This document shows, piece by piece, positions 28,901 to 38,067 of a DNA stretch of 64,000 nt. Within the stretch, counting starts at the first letter, position 1, and every line of letters begins with the position of its first letter. The notes beneath the pieces are model-generated. The model had not been told where the DNA came from and did not search any database. It saw nothing but the letters and a program-made list of their open reading frames with translations. The stretch is taken from the IMG/VR virus record IMGVR_UViG_3300020161_000771, positions 5,311 to 69,310 of that record, one strand, 5' to 3'. Origin of the DNA: a virus. Lineage: Duplodnaviria > Caudoviricetes. The position numbers and the translations under genes were made by a program.

Positions 28901-31135
28901 TGTTCTAGGGTCTACATAATTCGGGTCTTGAGACAGAACAGAAATTTTATCGGCTCCTGGTATACTTGATATCGCTTTAAATATTGCCTGATATGGACCT
29001 TCTACGTTAGCTAGAGTATTTGATACACTTTTTATTGTCTCACTTCCTGTATTTAAATCTATACCAAATTCAGATAATTTAGGAGACTCTTGTCTAATAG
29101 TCCATCTAATGTTAGGTAAATTATTAAAATCTTTTAAATCATTTAATGAAATTGGCTTCGTATTAACTTGATTTATACTTTCAACTTTTGGAGTTTCTTT
29201 TGGTGCCCCCTCATCAATAGTTGACGGCAAAACTGCATCTACTTCTAATGGATTATCTGATTCAAGAACTTTTATAGCTTTATTATTATACTCTTCTTTC
29301 ATCTTTTCAACCCTCTCGAAAAACGGGCTATCCTTACCAAGTTTACTAGACATCTTATCAAGCTTATTTATCTTAACTTGAATACCTCTAATAATATCTC
29401 TTTTTTCTTTTGGTATATCTGTAGGGACTTGAGCGTCTGTTTCTTCAAACAATTTTTTATCTGATTCGAATTTCTCAAAAGTTCCTTGTTCAAAAACGCC
29501 TTCTCTTTCGCCAGCCTTTATAATTCCCTCCACTTCAACAGAAGGCAATTCTTTTGCAACCAAAAATGCTTGAAATCTAACTGAAGGATTAATTCCCTTT
29601 AGGGCACCTGTTGATATGCCTACTGCAATACTAATATTTCTAGCATTAACATCTCTTACAAATGGTATTGTTTCTGCTATCATTCTACCGGCTTTTGCTC
29701 CAGCAGGTAATGCTCCAAGAGCAAACACCATTTTGAAACCTTCTTCAAAGCTTTTAAAGCTGTCTTCAAAAGTTTTTTCAATAGGTATGTCAGCACCAAA
29801 AGCATTAGCTGAAACATCTTTAGCAACAGAACCTGCACTAGATATTCCACCAATTTTAGTAGATTCTTTTACTACAGGAGCAAATTGCTTAATTGCTCCC
29901 TTGTAAGAATTTAACATAGACCTCATGAATGGAACGGTATTGATTGTTCTTGAACCCTGTTCAATACCTTTAAACGTCATTTTAGGTTTCAGTAATTTTG
30001 AAAAACTTGTACCCATCAATATTGCTTCCGCCGATCCAACTGCCGCCCCAACATTGCCCTGCATTTCAGCAATTTCCATTGCTTTTAAAGGGTCCATTTT
30101 AGGGTCGTTTTGCATCAATCTATTATACGTCTCTTTTATTTCCCCGACAGCACCCGACTGAGACATGTCTTCAATAAAAGACACTGTAGTACCAAACTTC
30201 TTAAGACTAGCTATCGTTTCTGCTGTCATAGTAGCCCCTGCCGAAGGCATAAATCTCCCAATAGTAGCAGCGCCAATTCCGTACATGGCAGCCTTTAATA
30301 AAGGAATAGTAACATCCCCTATAAATTGAGTAGCCTTCGAGACTCCTGTAGCTTTTAATGGCAAATAAGATGGTCCAAAAGCGTTTTCATATTGTATACG
30401 CTTTACCTTTTCTTCTCTAGTTAGAGATAGAAAATCACGATGTTCAAGTGCTATTTGAGACCCTTTTTTAAGAGATTCTGATAATGCAAAAAATGGGTTA
30501 TCATATGTTTGAGCTAAAATAGGGGCGCCCGTTAATTCATCTTTAGTTAGTTCAAATTGACCTGTATGTAAGCCATATTCTAGCTCTTTTCTTTTTGAAA
30601 TAACATCAGGATGACTATATGGGTCAACATCTTCAAATTTTTTGGTAGACTCATTAAATACACTATTAAACTTCCCTTGTTTTTTTATATAAGCATCAAT
30701 CGTATTGTTAATTGCGTCGTATTCATCTACTACCTTAAGAGCTGCGGCTTTATTTGCATTATCCTCCCACTTCTTCTCAATAGCCTCCCTTGTATTTGTG
30801 ATGGTATTAGGCGGTGTAGGTTTATTGAATTGTTGATTTATTAGAGCGCGGTCATACTTAGTATTTCTAGTAGCATATTCGCCTAATGCATTAAGCTCGG
30901 CATTTTCAGCATCTTGAACACTCTTAATTTTTTCCATTACAGAACGTATGCTACGATTCTTTTTAGAAGACGTAACGGTTACTTCTGGAAGAGTTCTTAC
31001 TTTAGATTTATCTAAAAATGGCAAACCATTAGCATTGCTTAAAAAAGGCAAGGCACTAAGATTAGGTTTTGGACTAGGCTTAGGAGATGGATTACTCTTA
31101 GGGTCTGGTGTCTGAGCGTTTTTTGTTTCAGCCAT
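22952..31135 (-). CDS. Giant internal virion/ejection protein with two tandem HExxH metallopeptidase-like domains
   Basis: 2727 aa, helical; HEALH (28799-28813) and HEAMH (27737-27751), each followed by EFxAE; position among core genes of a podovirus layout. Confidence 0.75.
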   Translation of the reverse strand: MAETKNAQTPDPKSNPSPKPSPKPNLSALPFLSNANGLPFLDKSKVRTLPEVTVTSSKKNRSIRSVMEKIKSVQDAENAELNALGEYATRNTKYDRALINQQFNKPTPPNTITNTREAIEKKWEDNANKAAALKVVDEYDAINNTIDAYIKKQGKFNSVFNESTKKFEDVDPYSHPDVISKRKELEYGLHTGQFELTKDELTGAPILAQTYDNPFFALSESLKKGSQIALEHRDFLSLTREEKVKRIQYENAFGPSYLPLKATGVSKATQFIGDVTIPLLKAAMYGIGAATIGRFMPSAGATMTAETIASLKKFGTTVSFIEDMSQSGAVGEIKETYNRLMQNDPKMDPLKAMEIAEMQGNVGAAVGSAEAILMGTSFSKLLKPKMTFKGIEQGSRTINTVPFMRSMLNSYKGAIKQFAPVVKESTKIGGISSAGSVAKDVSANAFGADIPIEKTFEDSFKSFEEGFKMVFALGALPAGAKAGRMIAETIPFVRDVNARNISIAVGISTGALKGINPSVRFQAFLVAKELPSVEVEGIIKAGEREGVFEQGTFEKFESDKKLFEETDAQVPTDIPKEKRDIIRGIQVKINKLDKMSSKLGKDSPFFERVEKMKEEYNNKAIKVLESDNPLEVDAVLPSTIDEGAPKETPKVESINQVNTKPISLNDLKDFNNLPNIRWTIRQESPKLSEFGIDLNTGSETIKSVSNTLANVEGPYQAIFKAISSIPGADKISVLSQDPNYVDPRTGTSTLGLFYPGGNKVEINTQEYGQYQTFAHEALHWVTIDSINKNRDTPEYKSLSAIYEYVRDKKADKISKEGQNTRSNYGLTNIKEFFAELLVNKDFRDGISDVIVKDKAEFERYFANKGSDLAANVDLITILVRYVRKTIKDLLDNWGSSKDYSNINFDKSMLDNATELGIRAFFEEPINKDNKQIENATPIGQEPAKKIGTEGNIVEPTRIEGLKEQEAPQANVGDSNLGGKAKPKVEGPKLEVDAKPSSSETKTEQPKEQSLEDLKNFNNLPNIKLASKNTQTKLSDFGVDIAGGNETLKSAATTLSKIEGPYQAIFKALSNMPKVDKIRLSSMPIERNPYTGGISGGEYIRPWLFSKPKIDVLLNETLGGGINEYIVLAHEAMHWLTLSSRNQYSRTPEYKSLADIYDYISDKKANRIKEYGFRGNNYGLTNINEFMAELLVDKDFRDGISDLMFESKAEFEKYMIVKYSKFDSNADLITILVQYVRRVIKDLLNTYGSSNAYSNIDFSKSMLDNATELAIKAYFETPASRRQGISLKGSKREFFSPEEPINEQNKPTENATPIGQEPAKKIGTEGNIGEPTRTEGLKEQETPQANVGDSNIGGKAKPKVEAPKLEVEPEKETPKEFNNNETATVFGKMKKAAEEYLSKKTDDFSGASRKALSTLKNSAFYKGLDKNEREKYVVAATKFFEGKRPPSPQVQRLLGTSNNATTTVNNMAALKTQLKLQAKAAKDAVMWVKGTRKSISNGLNELKKKGVIKTPQFLSILKKYDSLNMSNKAAIDKFTSYVTKVINDASYNDKLNKANKFKGLIKKAASAKGKQVNLVAAAREFLNINPADIENIDEYISKANEVLNGVRSSRAKGKEVNFSEAFKDSDILDYVKNQSEKIEESKRQSKLDDYNELVEDGTISKDMTLDQINEIVKLIEEKKDSDVLDIENKKNEIKSYIKKRFESLSGEVDSMLKDIYFSYNISAADKKRLNDIMDLGIDDLPIKDSYVVIEALGNFAANGKMSNLDSAIAVGEAYRGGRILESKGIKSLTIKGIFGKGIARTFAADMTSLPVLFDKAFGTNKSLEVQKAMGMSSLMRNKTMAENIYQEASKEYTDKFVGKYGGLLKSKTNPNGLRFDSKENIYERGMLAFMRRNRGGNEAAIAKEFNRRKTLLQETITALRSNGGDYAKMADLYQTTFDKLVKDSNNALDVESKADATNLEAVNWWTNQWGKHYEKMRDVNLNIYNQDLGFHNNYTQDTYSKFDNSTPTESSDPLSDNPFFSSYDYIPDAKSGTLMKTTEPEILPNGKFIDLDFDYNSNRALKTALTNIHTAKDLRQVKAFRDSPFFEKIFNKEDGNVFKGKISTYAKRIQNRDIAASRELSQVGRSLSVFSTTAVSTALSSFAQPFKQLAPIAHTFIANNGKLEISDALSADAHDWLNRIGYGISNRGMGSQFNMESVSSMLRKADNNALTRGITGLGKIQEAKLRLFVGYSDIFTARLSWLSYYKQKLRKQGEDVSNLDWNTHEINKDAADFAEQMTNVSQNVSDTDLQGTFIGSQDPYHKLFKNTVMTLANYTMNQKAKIGGNIRVALGKGVAAEDRGLAVKSLAGTAAEMFVYNAVWQMANNIQWGIADKMSNTTPSQEEKRRRALSSKKTTITNLTNDLISPHPIFNDAIDKMVNLALEKIDPNTPKAFEVRLYDGGGQDAWAKNYGVGGILLKNIMDASRYNDVAISGEVKTEDPFGEEQVKKLTGDDKKIAMSWMPLTILGRTLGFSDMANISNKIIKNISARGMSEEKALINEAISTVPVEEEKPTILDSKTINQAAAEAVKFKDPESRAKYLLDLKKKYGDDLWSKEMDLISSPKAGIIDGGTIAFMTAMINNDQDAMKVYKAFSLDKAESKVESLMRTRQEIGADRFFKKIRSALDFKMLNGEGIKLLAEKLDAKDLDKLIKIYSEFSKKEQEAKDAEEEAARLEEQQKAMREAGGLDQ
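27057..28340. repeat. Direct repeat pair, 159 bp (27057-27215 and 28182-28340), 4 mismatches
   Basis: Manual base-by-base alignment; offset 1125 bp = 375 codons. Confidence 0.95.
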
Positions 31136-31185
31136 TTGGTATCTTTATAATACGCAAATCTAACGAATTTTGCTCTATTTGAAAT

Positions 31186-32496
31186 CTATTTGCCTTTGCT
31201 TTTCTTGATAGCTTCTAATGCTGCCGCAATCGGATCTGGCTTCTTCTTGCCACCACTTAACTTATTTTCATTTATAATTTTAAGAGCAGCAGGGTCTAGC
31301 GTAATGCCCAGCTTTTTAAGCTGTTCAATGACATCAGGAGCGATAGCTGTACCTCCGCTAAGAGAAAATCTTAAAAGACTCATTGTAGCTAAATTTGCTG
31401 CGTTATTAGCTTGTAATGCAGCATTTTGCATCTGTAGAGCAAAAGCTTGGCTTCTTATATCCATCCCAAAATCAGAGGCTATCTTAGCCATATTTAACTT
31501 AAATTCCTTATCGTCATAGAAGAATCTTTTATTTGACCCATTCAATAATCCTCTTTCTACTGCATATAATTGAGAAGGTCTGACGTCTTTAATGTCTTTT
31601 ACATCAGCAGGGAATGACGATTTTATTTGAGCAAATTTAGCCTCTGCCATTCTTTTTTCTGAAACCTGAGCAGGAGTGGTATTTGGATTATTCTCATCAA
31701 TAGATAGAGACTTAACTAAGTTATTAAGTTGACTAGAAGCGAAGTTCTTTATTTTTTCGCCTCCAGATAACATGAAATTATTTTCAATAACGCTAATCAC
31801 AGACAATGGGTCTCTACTCTCTTTTTCAACTTTCCATGGAATATTATATGTAGTACCTGCCGCTTTACCAGGATTAGGAACCTCTATCGAAAATGATACA
31901 GGTTTACCGCTTGCGTCAAGAACTGTCTCGCTGTTTATAGAAGTACGAATATTCTTTAAAATTCTGTCGTCAATAACTTTAAGGTCATCTGCGTTAACCA
32001 TTGTCTTAAATCCATACGGATCTATATCAATATCTGCATCAGCTAGTAATTCTAAAGGAGTGTTGCTTAATTTATTAAACGCGTCCTTGAACTCACCTAC
32101 TGGCTCTATTCCATTTCTAAACATAGTTTGACTAGCAGAATTCAATTGCTTTAGTTTTTCAAAACCTCTATTAGATTTAGAAAAAATATCATTCATTCTA
32201 GAGTACGTTTCATCAACCGCCTGAGATGCCGCATATATCTGATCTGCACTAGCATTGCTATTATTGACTCTAGTATATGTAATTAAAGCGTTTTTGTGGT
32301 CGTTAAACGCATTTAAAAATGAAGGAGCATCTCCCGGTCTCATCTTCTTCGTGTCATAAGACCTTCTTAAATCATTCATCGAGTCAGCAAACAATCTATC
32401 CTGTCTCATTCTGTACTCCATGGCTTTATTAATGCCAGCTGTTATTCCAGAAGTAAATCCAGTCGTGTCTACAAAAGAAGGTTGGTATATTGCCAT
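31186..32496 (-). CDS. Internal virion protein (436 aa)
   Basis: Helical; located between the nozzle gene and the giant protein as for ejection proteins. Confidence 0.65.
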   Translation of the reverse strand: MAIYQPSFVDTTGFTSGITAGINKAMEYRMRQDRLFADSMNDLRRSYDTKKMRPGDAPSFLNAFNDHKNALITYTRVNNSNASADQIYAASQAVDETYSRMNDIFSKSNRGFEKLKQLNSASQTMFRNGIEPVGEFKDAFNKLSNTPLELLADADIDIDPYGFKTMVNADDLKVIDDRILKNIRTSINSETVLDASGKPVSFSIEVPNPGKAAGTTYNIPWKVEKESRDPLSVISVIENNFMLSGGEKIKNFASSQLNNLVKSLSIDENNPNTTPAQVSEKRMAEAKFAQIKSSFPADVKDIKDVRPSQLYAVERGLLNGSNKRFFYDDKEFKLNMAKIASDFGMDIRSQAFALQMQNAALQANNAANLATMSLLRFSLSGGTAIAPDVIEQLKKLGITLDPAALKIINENKLSGGKKKPDPIAAALEAIKKSKGK

Positions 32497-32515
32497 TTTA
32501 TAGGTTATTTATGTT

Positions 32516-33178
32516 TTACGGGTTTTTCTTAATATAATCAGCTATATTACGATAATCATCCATAGTAAGTCCAGAGCGTCCTTGAGACCCATAGTAAGAT
32601 TGAGCTCCAACTGCCTGACCAATACCAGCTAAATTTCTAGATATGGATTGGTTAGATTCAGCTTTTCTCATTCCCCAGAATTGTCTAGCCTCGTCTTCTT
32701 TTCTAAGTCTATCCTGAGTTCTTATACCACCCATTTTAAATGCAGCTTCAGCAGCAGCACGTCTATTCTGCATTAACATGTTTTCGTTCATTTCTCCTTG
32801 TCTTTTAAGGAAATCGTTACCTGCATCCGCAACTTGTCCTATCCCGCCTAATAAAGACTTTTTAGAGCGTAGTGCATTAATCATAGACCCTTGCTGTCTA
32901 GCGAAAGACTCATTCATTAATCCACGAGTAGCTCCACTGAGGCCCGTATTACCCATTGACTGCATTCTATTATACCAATCAGTATAACCTGAATCAATTG
33001 GAGTAGCCTGAGATTTCTGAAAATCACTCATTAATTTTTGACTAGCTTGTCTTGCTTTGCCACTAAAAAGACTATTTTCTCCAATCAGAAGCCCTGCTAC
33101 TGAAGGAAGCGCTTGAAGAGCTAGGCCGCCTGGACTAAAACCAGCACCCATGTTTAAAAAATCCCCGATTTTACCCAT
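32516..33178 (-). CDS. Internal virion/pilot-like protein (220 aa)
   Basis: Gly/Ala/Gln-rich, typical of podovirus DNA-transfer proteins. Confidence 0.65.
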   Translation of the reverse strand: MGKIGDFLNMGAGFSPGGLALQALPSVAGLLIGENSLFSGKARQASQKLMSDFQKSQATPIDSGYTDWYNRMQSMGNTGLSGATRGLMNESFARQQGSMINALRSKKSLLGGIGQVADAGNDFLKRQGEMNENMLMQNRRAAAEAAFKMGGIRTQDRLRKEDEARQFWGMRKAESNQSISRNLAGIGQAVGAQSYYGSQGRSGLTMDDYRNIADYIKKNP

Positions 33179-33179
33179 A

Positions 33180-36100
33180 TTATCTATTATTAAAAGGTTC
33201 TAAGATTGATAAATCTATATAATACAAATTTACTAAGTTTTGCGGACTTAAAGCTTTTAAATTTATTTCAAGCCAAGATCCATGAAGAGTTCTACCATTA
33301 TACAGCCCACCTACGCTTAACATATCCCTCTTGAATGCTGCATGGTATTTATCATCTTTTACTCTATAGTCAGACTGAATAAGCTTAGACTCATTACCCA
33401 TATTTGTTAATACGTCACCCTGATTCTCAGATAGCCAATAATCATTAGCTAGTAAAGATATAGAATTAAAATGCTTTTTTACAATAGCTGTCTCGTTAAA
33501 TATTAACTTAATAGAACATGTATATTGTGTATTGTAAAAGTTGGCTCTAGTAGTCTCATTATCGTGCGTCCACAGCTTGCCATTTCTCCAGCTAATTACA
33601 AGGTTTCCTGCAGAGCAAATCCACTCAGGATAATAGTCATAGAAAGCTGTATAAGCGTTTCTTGTTTCAGAAAATCCAAATGTGATTGAAGGCATATTAT
33701 CTCCTGAACTAGCCGACGCTTGCATGCATGTAATAAACTCTTCTTCAAATCCATCATACACACCAAGTATCTTAGCCTTTCCATTATTGAAAGAGTTAGT
33801 AACCTCTTTTTGATACTTGTTTATCTTGTTTGTAAAGTAGAAGTGTCCTTTATATAATTCTGTTATAGAAGTCAACCCATCATTAGCAACTCTAACCTGA
33901 CACCCTATAATTGGGTCAGAGAAGTAGTCTGCGCTTGCAGAAGAAGCTAAAGAGCAATATTGATTACCTATGCCAAACTCTCCGCTATAGTATTGAATTC
34001 TATTTACTATCTCCGTGCTTTGACTAACTACATTGTCGCCAGAGGCTGTCTGCATGATATTTTGGTAGATTGGAACAACCCCACATGCTCTACTTTGGAA
34101 TACTCTTAATTGACGTCCTCTAACTTTAAATCTTTGTATATCACCCTTCTGTCTGTCATATTCATCCATGTTTGCCGCATAGAATCTATTGGTCATATTT
34201 ATATTCGTACCTTGTTGATAATCAAGAGAATATCTATGCAAAGTAGGGTAGTATGTTTCTTTTGCAAACTCATCTATAACAAATACCCTTCCTGTTCCAT
34301 TTACTTTAGAGTCAAACTTGTCAGATATAGACTTATCGAAAATCCATATGTTATCTCTCTCTCTTAAATACACATCGCCACGGAAAAAGTTATAAATAGC
34401 AGGTTGAGACCCTGAGCCTATAACTTGATTCTGCTGCTGACCTAAGTGTATTCTATTGCTATTTACATCAGTGCCTATCGCGTAGGTTTCACCGAACTCG
34501 TAAAATAATTGAGAAGTTGAATCCGCATTCTTACTAGGAGTATATACTTCTATATAATACTCCCCAAATAATAAAGCAGGGTTAGTAGGCCATCCAGACA
34601 TGAAAGAACTATCATACTCTAACTTTAAAAAGAATCCTGCGCTAGGGTCACCTGTAACAGTAGAGTTAGGGTGCTTTGTTAGCATGTCTAATATAGGATA
34701 GTCTTTTACTGAAGTGAGTGTACCATTGTTAGTTCCGTATATACGTATTCTATCGCCTTTTGTAAAGTCATAAGAAGGGTATCCAGAAGTATTCGTATTA
34801 TAATTTTTTATATTAATATACCCATACTTTGTATCTCTGTAAACACCATAAGATAAGTCAGATATAATAAATTTAAAATCGCTATATGTTAAATTACTTG
34901 TCCTTACAAAAGAGAAGTATTTAGCCCATGAAGGTGGCGTATGATTAATAGAGAATTGGATATTAGGCACTACAAATTGGTCAGTACCTAAAGCGCTAGA
35001 TATAGCCTCTCTAGTATTAACGACCATTGTATCGTTAGTAACTACTCCATTTGTTACGCCATATTCATCAAAATAAACCATGCCAAATCTATAAGTAGAG
35101 TTTGGCTTAAACACGGCTGTATTTACATCTAATGGGTTTGTATTAGCAGAGTATGTTATTGTATATGTACCTGTGATTATTTTAGAAACACCTCCGTCAA
35201 TAGTAAAACCTTGACCACTAGCATATGATACATCAGATGTTGTTAATCCAGGGTAAGCATTTACTAGGGCCTTTAAAGCTGTATTTACAGAAGATAAAGT
35301 ATCTCCGCTAACAACCGTATAACTGAAAATATGGAAATAAGTTGTCCCTGCACCCTCATCAATAGTAACCTTTAAGTCTATAACATCTCCAGGTATAGGA
35401 GAGTTGAATAGAACATAAGTCCACTTTCTAGCACTAGCGTAACTAGATATTGTTAAAGGGTATGCGTTTTGGAAATATGTTAAGTTCTTGGTTACATTAA
35501 GAGCTGTATCAAATGTTACGCCTTCTGTAATCCCGCCATATGATAAAATGTTTCCATTTAAAAGCTCTTGAGTATTAGCCTTCTTTGGAACATAGTCAAA
35601 TAGTTGTATACTTTCAGATTTACTAGCGTATTCATAAGTGCTATCGTTATAGAACTTGTATGTATACGACACATCATCTCCTATTGCTAGCTTCTTTTTA
35701 TTTAAACTATACACTATAAATCTATCGCTAAATGCTCCTGCCAATACGCCCCTAGCAGAGAATTCTACACTCAAAGCGTCTTTAGGACCTGTGTTTATCA
35801 AAACAGATATATAGTTATTTACAGATGGATTTGTCTCAATTGATAATGTATCTATCTTGTAAGGAGCGAATGATTTACTCCATGGACTCCATGTAGATTT
35901 AGTGTTATCCTTATAAACCCATCTATAACTAAATTGGAATAGGTTACTTTTTAGGTTATTTATAGTTTTTGTAAGGTCGTCTCCGTAAGCGCAAACAGGA
36001 GCAATCAAAGGCATCTTTCTAGCAACTGTTAAATAATCTTTCTTCCAATCTGACGCATACACGGTGTCTAATGCATCTTTTATATTCAGCTTCATTGGTC

Positions 36101-36365
36101 TCTGATTTCTATCGGTCCAATGAAGTATATCTCCTTCTTCCTCTGTTCTGTATAAAATATTTACACTCGCGATAGGGTAGTTTGGGCTAAAATTTAATAT
36201 ATCTGTTGTGCTGTGAATCAATGAAACAAGTAATGGCTTAATGGTCTTTGTCTTTATATCATACATATAAATGCCATTATACCCGTCTGAGTTCCAGTTA
36301 AAATAGAACACACGATGCTTTAACTCGTCATAACAAGAACCTATACATTGATTTACTGAAGCCAT
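33180..36365 (-). CDS. Tail nozzle/stabilization protein, main body lacking the usual N-terminal segment
   Basis: NQCIGSCYDE..RVFYF, ILHWTD.NQRPMKLNI, FQFSYRWVY...STWSPWS, NFY......S IKLIFN patterns of crAss-like muzzle/P22 gp10-like proteins. Confidence 0.8.
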   Translation of the reverse strand: MASVNQCIGSCYDELKHRVFYFNWNSDGYNGIYMYDIKTKTIKPLLVSLIHSTTDILNFSPNYPIASVNILYRTEEEGDILHWTDRNQRPMKLNIKDALDTVYASDWKKDYLTVARKMPLIAPVCAYGDDLTKTINNLKSNLFQFSYRWVYKDNTKSTWSPWSKSFAPYKIDTLSIETNPSVNNYISVLINTGPKDALSVEFSARGVLAGAFSDRFIVYSLNKKKLAIGDDVSYTYKFYNDSTYEYASKSESIQLFDYVPKKANTQELLNGNILSYGGITEGVTFDTALNVTKNLTYFQNAYPLTISSYASARKWTYVLFNSPIPGDVIDLKVTIDEGAGTTYFHIFSYTVVSGDTLSSVNTALKALVNAYPGLTTSDVSYASGQGFTIDGGVSKIITGTYTITYSANTNPLDVNTAVFKPNSTYRFGMVYFDEYGVTNGVVTNDTMVVNTREAISSALGTDQFVVPNIQFSINHTPPSWAKYFSFVRTSNLTYSDFKFIISDLSYGVYRDTKYGYINIKNYNTNTSGYPSYDFTKGDRIRIYGTNNGTLTSVKDYPILDMLTKHPNSTVTGDPSAGFFLKLEYDSSFMSGWPTNPALLFGEYYIEVYTPSKNADSTSQLFYEFGETYAIGTDVNSNRIHLGQQQNQVIGSGSQPAIYNFFRGDVYLRERDNIWIFDKSISDKFDSKVNGTGRVFVIDEFAKETYYPTLHRYSLDYQQGTNINMTNRFYAANMDEYDRQKGDIQRFKVRGRQLRVFQSRACGVVPIYQNIMQTASGDNVVSQSTEIVNRIQYYSGEFGIGNQYCSLASSASADYFSDPIIGCQVRVANDGLTSITELYKGHFYFTNKINKYQKEVTNSFNNGKAKILGVYDGFEEEFITCMQASASSGDNMPSITFGFSETRNAYTAFYDYYPEWICSAGNLVISWRNGKLWTHDNETTRANFYNTQYTCSIKLIFNETAIVKKHFNSISLLANDYWLSENQGDVLTNMGNESKLIQSDYRVKDDKYHAAFKRDMLSVGGLYNGRTLHGSWLEINLKALSPQNLVNLYYIDLSILEPFNNR

Positions 36366-36368
36366 TTA

Positions 36369-36617
36369 TTACGCAGTTAAAAAAACCATTGTTAATGAAT
36401 TCGTACAAGATGATGTGCTTGACTCAACCTTAATTTTGTACGCAGTATCGGGTACATCGGCAAACCTTTTAGCAACATTCTGAATAAATGTTTGAGCTGT
36501 TTTAGGCCATACCCCTGAAACAACAATCTCAACATCTGCACTTGTAAGCGCTCTAACTGTGAAATTGCCCGTATCTGCTCCTATAGCTGTTAAGGTTACG
36601 TCTACTACTTGGGCCAT
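36369..36617 (-). CDS. Small Ig-like accessory protein (82 aa)
   Basis: VTLTAIGADTGNF...IKVESS...CTNS resembles a recurrent small virion module; own promoter motif at 36637-36644. Confidence 0.65.
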   Translation of the reverse strand: MAQVVDVTLTAIGADTGNFTVRALTSADVEIVVSGVWPKTAQTFIQNVAKRFADVPDTAYKIKVESSTSSCTNSLTMVFLTA

Positions 36618-36636
36618 ATTAATTAATTTTTATTAT

Positions 36637-36644
36637 CAAAGATA
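36637..36644 (-). promoter_or_regulatory. Bacteroidota -7 element TATCTTTG
   Basis: + strand caaagata in the 40-bp gap between 36617 and 36658. Confidence 0.6.
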
Positions 36645-36657
36645 CAATTTTATTAGT

Positions 36658-37290
36658 CTAGCAATCAACTGATGATATATTTACTGCCGGATCACTACAG
36701 CTAATTACGCAAGTTGAGCATATATCAAATGGGAATCCTACATATGCACCTTGAGTACACATATCCAACTCTACTGCATTGCTTCCAGCTGGCACTACCA
36801 ATGTGAAATTCGCATAAAAGAAATTCTCTAGAGTACAGGTATTGCCGCTATACACATATTTAACTTCTAATTCAAAAGTAGTATTTGATACAACTATATT
36901 GTTCAACCCAATATACGCTGTCATGTACTCATTAATTGTACCGCCTATACAAGCACCAGAATATGCCCCAACCCCTGTAACGGCTATATTAGGGTCAACG
37001 ACAGTTACCTTAACTGAATTACCAAGTAGCGTACAATCTTTAATAATCTTAACAGCCGTTCCCGTGAAACCACATTCTATTCTTCTAGCAATACCTCTTA
37101 TGGTACAATTGTTTGTTATCAATTCCTTATTTGCAGACTCTTGGTTGCCTCTAATTGTCTCGTACCTATTGTACGTACCATTACCTCTAAAGACGCCGTT
37201 TTTAGCCTCCCTATGATGACTAGGAGGGAATACTTCCCTTGGGTCATCTAGATTCATTATACCCGATAAAGTCTTCCTTTCTGTTTTCAT
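36658..37290 (-). CDS. N-terminal nozzle-protein segment fused to a Cys-rich beta domain
   Basis: First ~55 aa (LSGIMNLDDP...HHREAKNGVFRG...ETIRGN) resemble the nozzle-protein N-terminus; the remainder is unrelated and Cys-rich. Confidence 0.65.
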   Translation of the reverse strand: MKTERKTLSGIMNLDDPREVFPPSHHREAKNGVFRGNGTYNRYETIRGNQESANKELITNNCTIRGIARRIECGFTGTAVKIIKDCTLLGNSVKVTVVDPNIAVTGVGAYSGACIGGTINEYMTAYIGLNNIVVSNTTFELEVKYVYSGNTCTLENFFYANFTLVVPAGSNAVELDMCTQGAYVGFPFDICSTCVISCSDPAVNISSVDC

Positions 37291-37291
37291 A

Positions 37292-38062
37292 TTATATCTT
37301 AACTGCTAGTTTGGCACCCATTCTGATAACCTCGTTAGCATCCCATAAGAACATAGGAGTCTCTCTTAGGTTAGCATTTCTCTTTTGGTTGTAATATTCT
37401 TTACGTCTTAATTGTTTGTCTCCAAGACTAGCTTTCCTGCCTAATGGCAAATGCTCGATATCTTTCCATGCAATAAAAGCCAAAACGGCCTCTCTAATTT
37501 GGATAGGTATCTTGTAATCAGGATCACTAGCAGGAGAAGACATGTACTCTAAAACAACGTAATTAAAATCAAAGTCGTTGCCTAGGTATATTAAGCCTTC
37601 TTCTTCGTCTATATCAAACTCCCCTGCATTATTTAGAACAGAGCCTACACCGAATATATTTACATACCTAGCCCCATCAAAGTAATTAACATAAGCTAAA
37701 TCTTGTAATCTATATGTGTTGCCTGTTGTGTTGTCTGTATTGCTAGTAAGTCTATCTGATTGAAGGATTTTATATGAACTAAGTCCAATGTTTCTTCTTA
37801 AAGAAGCAACTTCTCCTTTAGCATTAAAAACGCCCACTTTAGAGAACCCTATATAGTCAGAAGGAAGATTAACTGTTTTGTTTGGATTGATTGGTAATTT
37901 GACCGTTCTTGGTGTAGAGTATACATCTAGACCCATCTCTTCTACTCCTCTAATACCTATAGTCCATAGTCGTCTGTAGTCTGCGTTAGACATTCTAGCC
38001 TGATCTATGTATTGGTATACAATTTCAGATAACGGAACCCATTTTGCTGTATTCTTTGCCAT
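37292..38062 (-). CDS. Head-tail ring/adaptor protein
   Basis: Position between capsid and nozzle genes; VVLEYMS...IP...EAVLAFI pattern of ring proteins. Confidence 0.7.
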   Translation of the reverse strand: MAKNTAKWVPLSEIVYQYIDQARMSNADYRRLWTIGIRGVEEMGLDVYSTPRTVKLPINPNKTVNLPSDYIGFSKVGVFNAKGEVASLRRNIGLSSYKILQSDRLTSNTDNTTGNTYRLQDLAYVNYFDGARYVNIFGVGSVLNNAGEFDIDEEEGLIYLGNDFDFNYVVLEYMSSPASDPDYKIPIQIREAVLAFIAWKDIEHLPLGRKASLGDKQLRRKEYYNQKRNANLRETPMFLWDANEVIRMGAKLAVKI

Positions 38063-38067
38063 ATTAT

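Noticed and set aside
36366-36371. Stop-codon readthrough fusing the 82-aa ORF to the nozzle body
   Set aside because: They are in frame but separated by two consecutive TAA codons, so readthrough is implausible.
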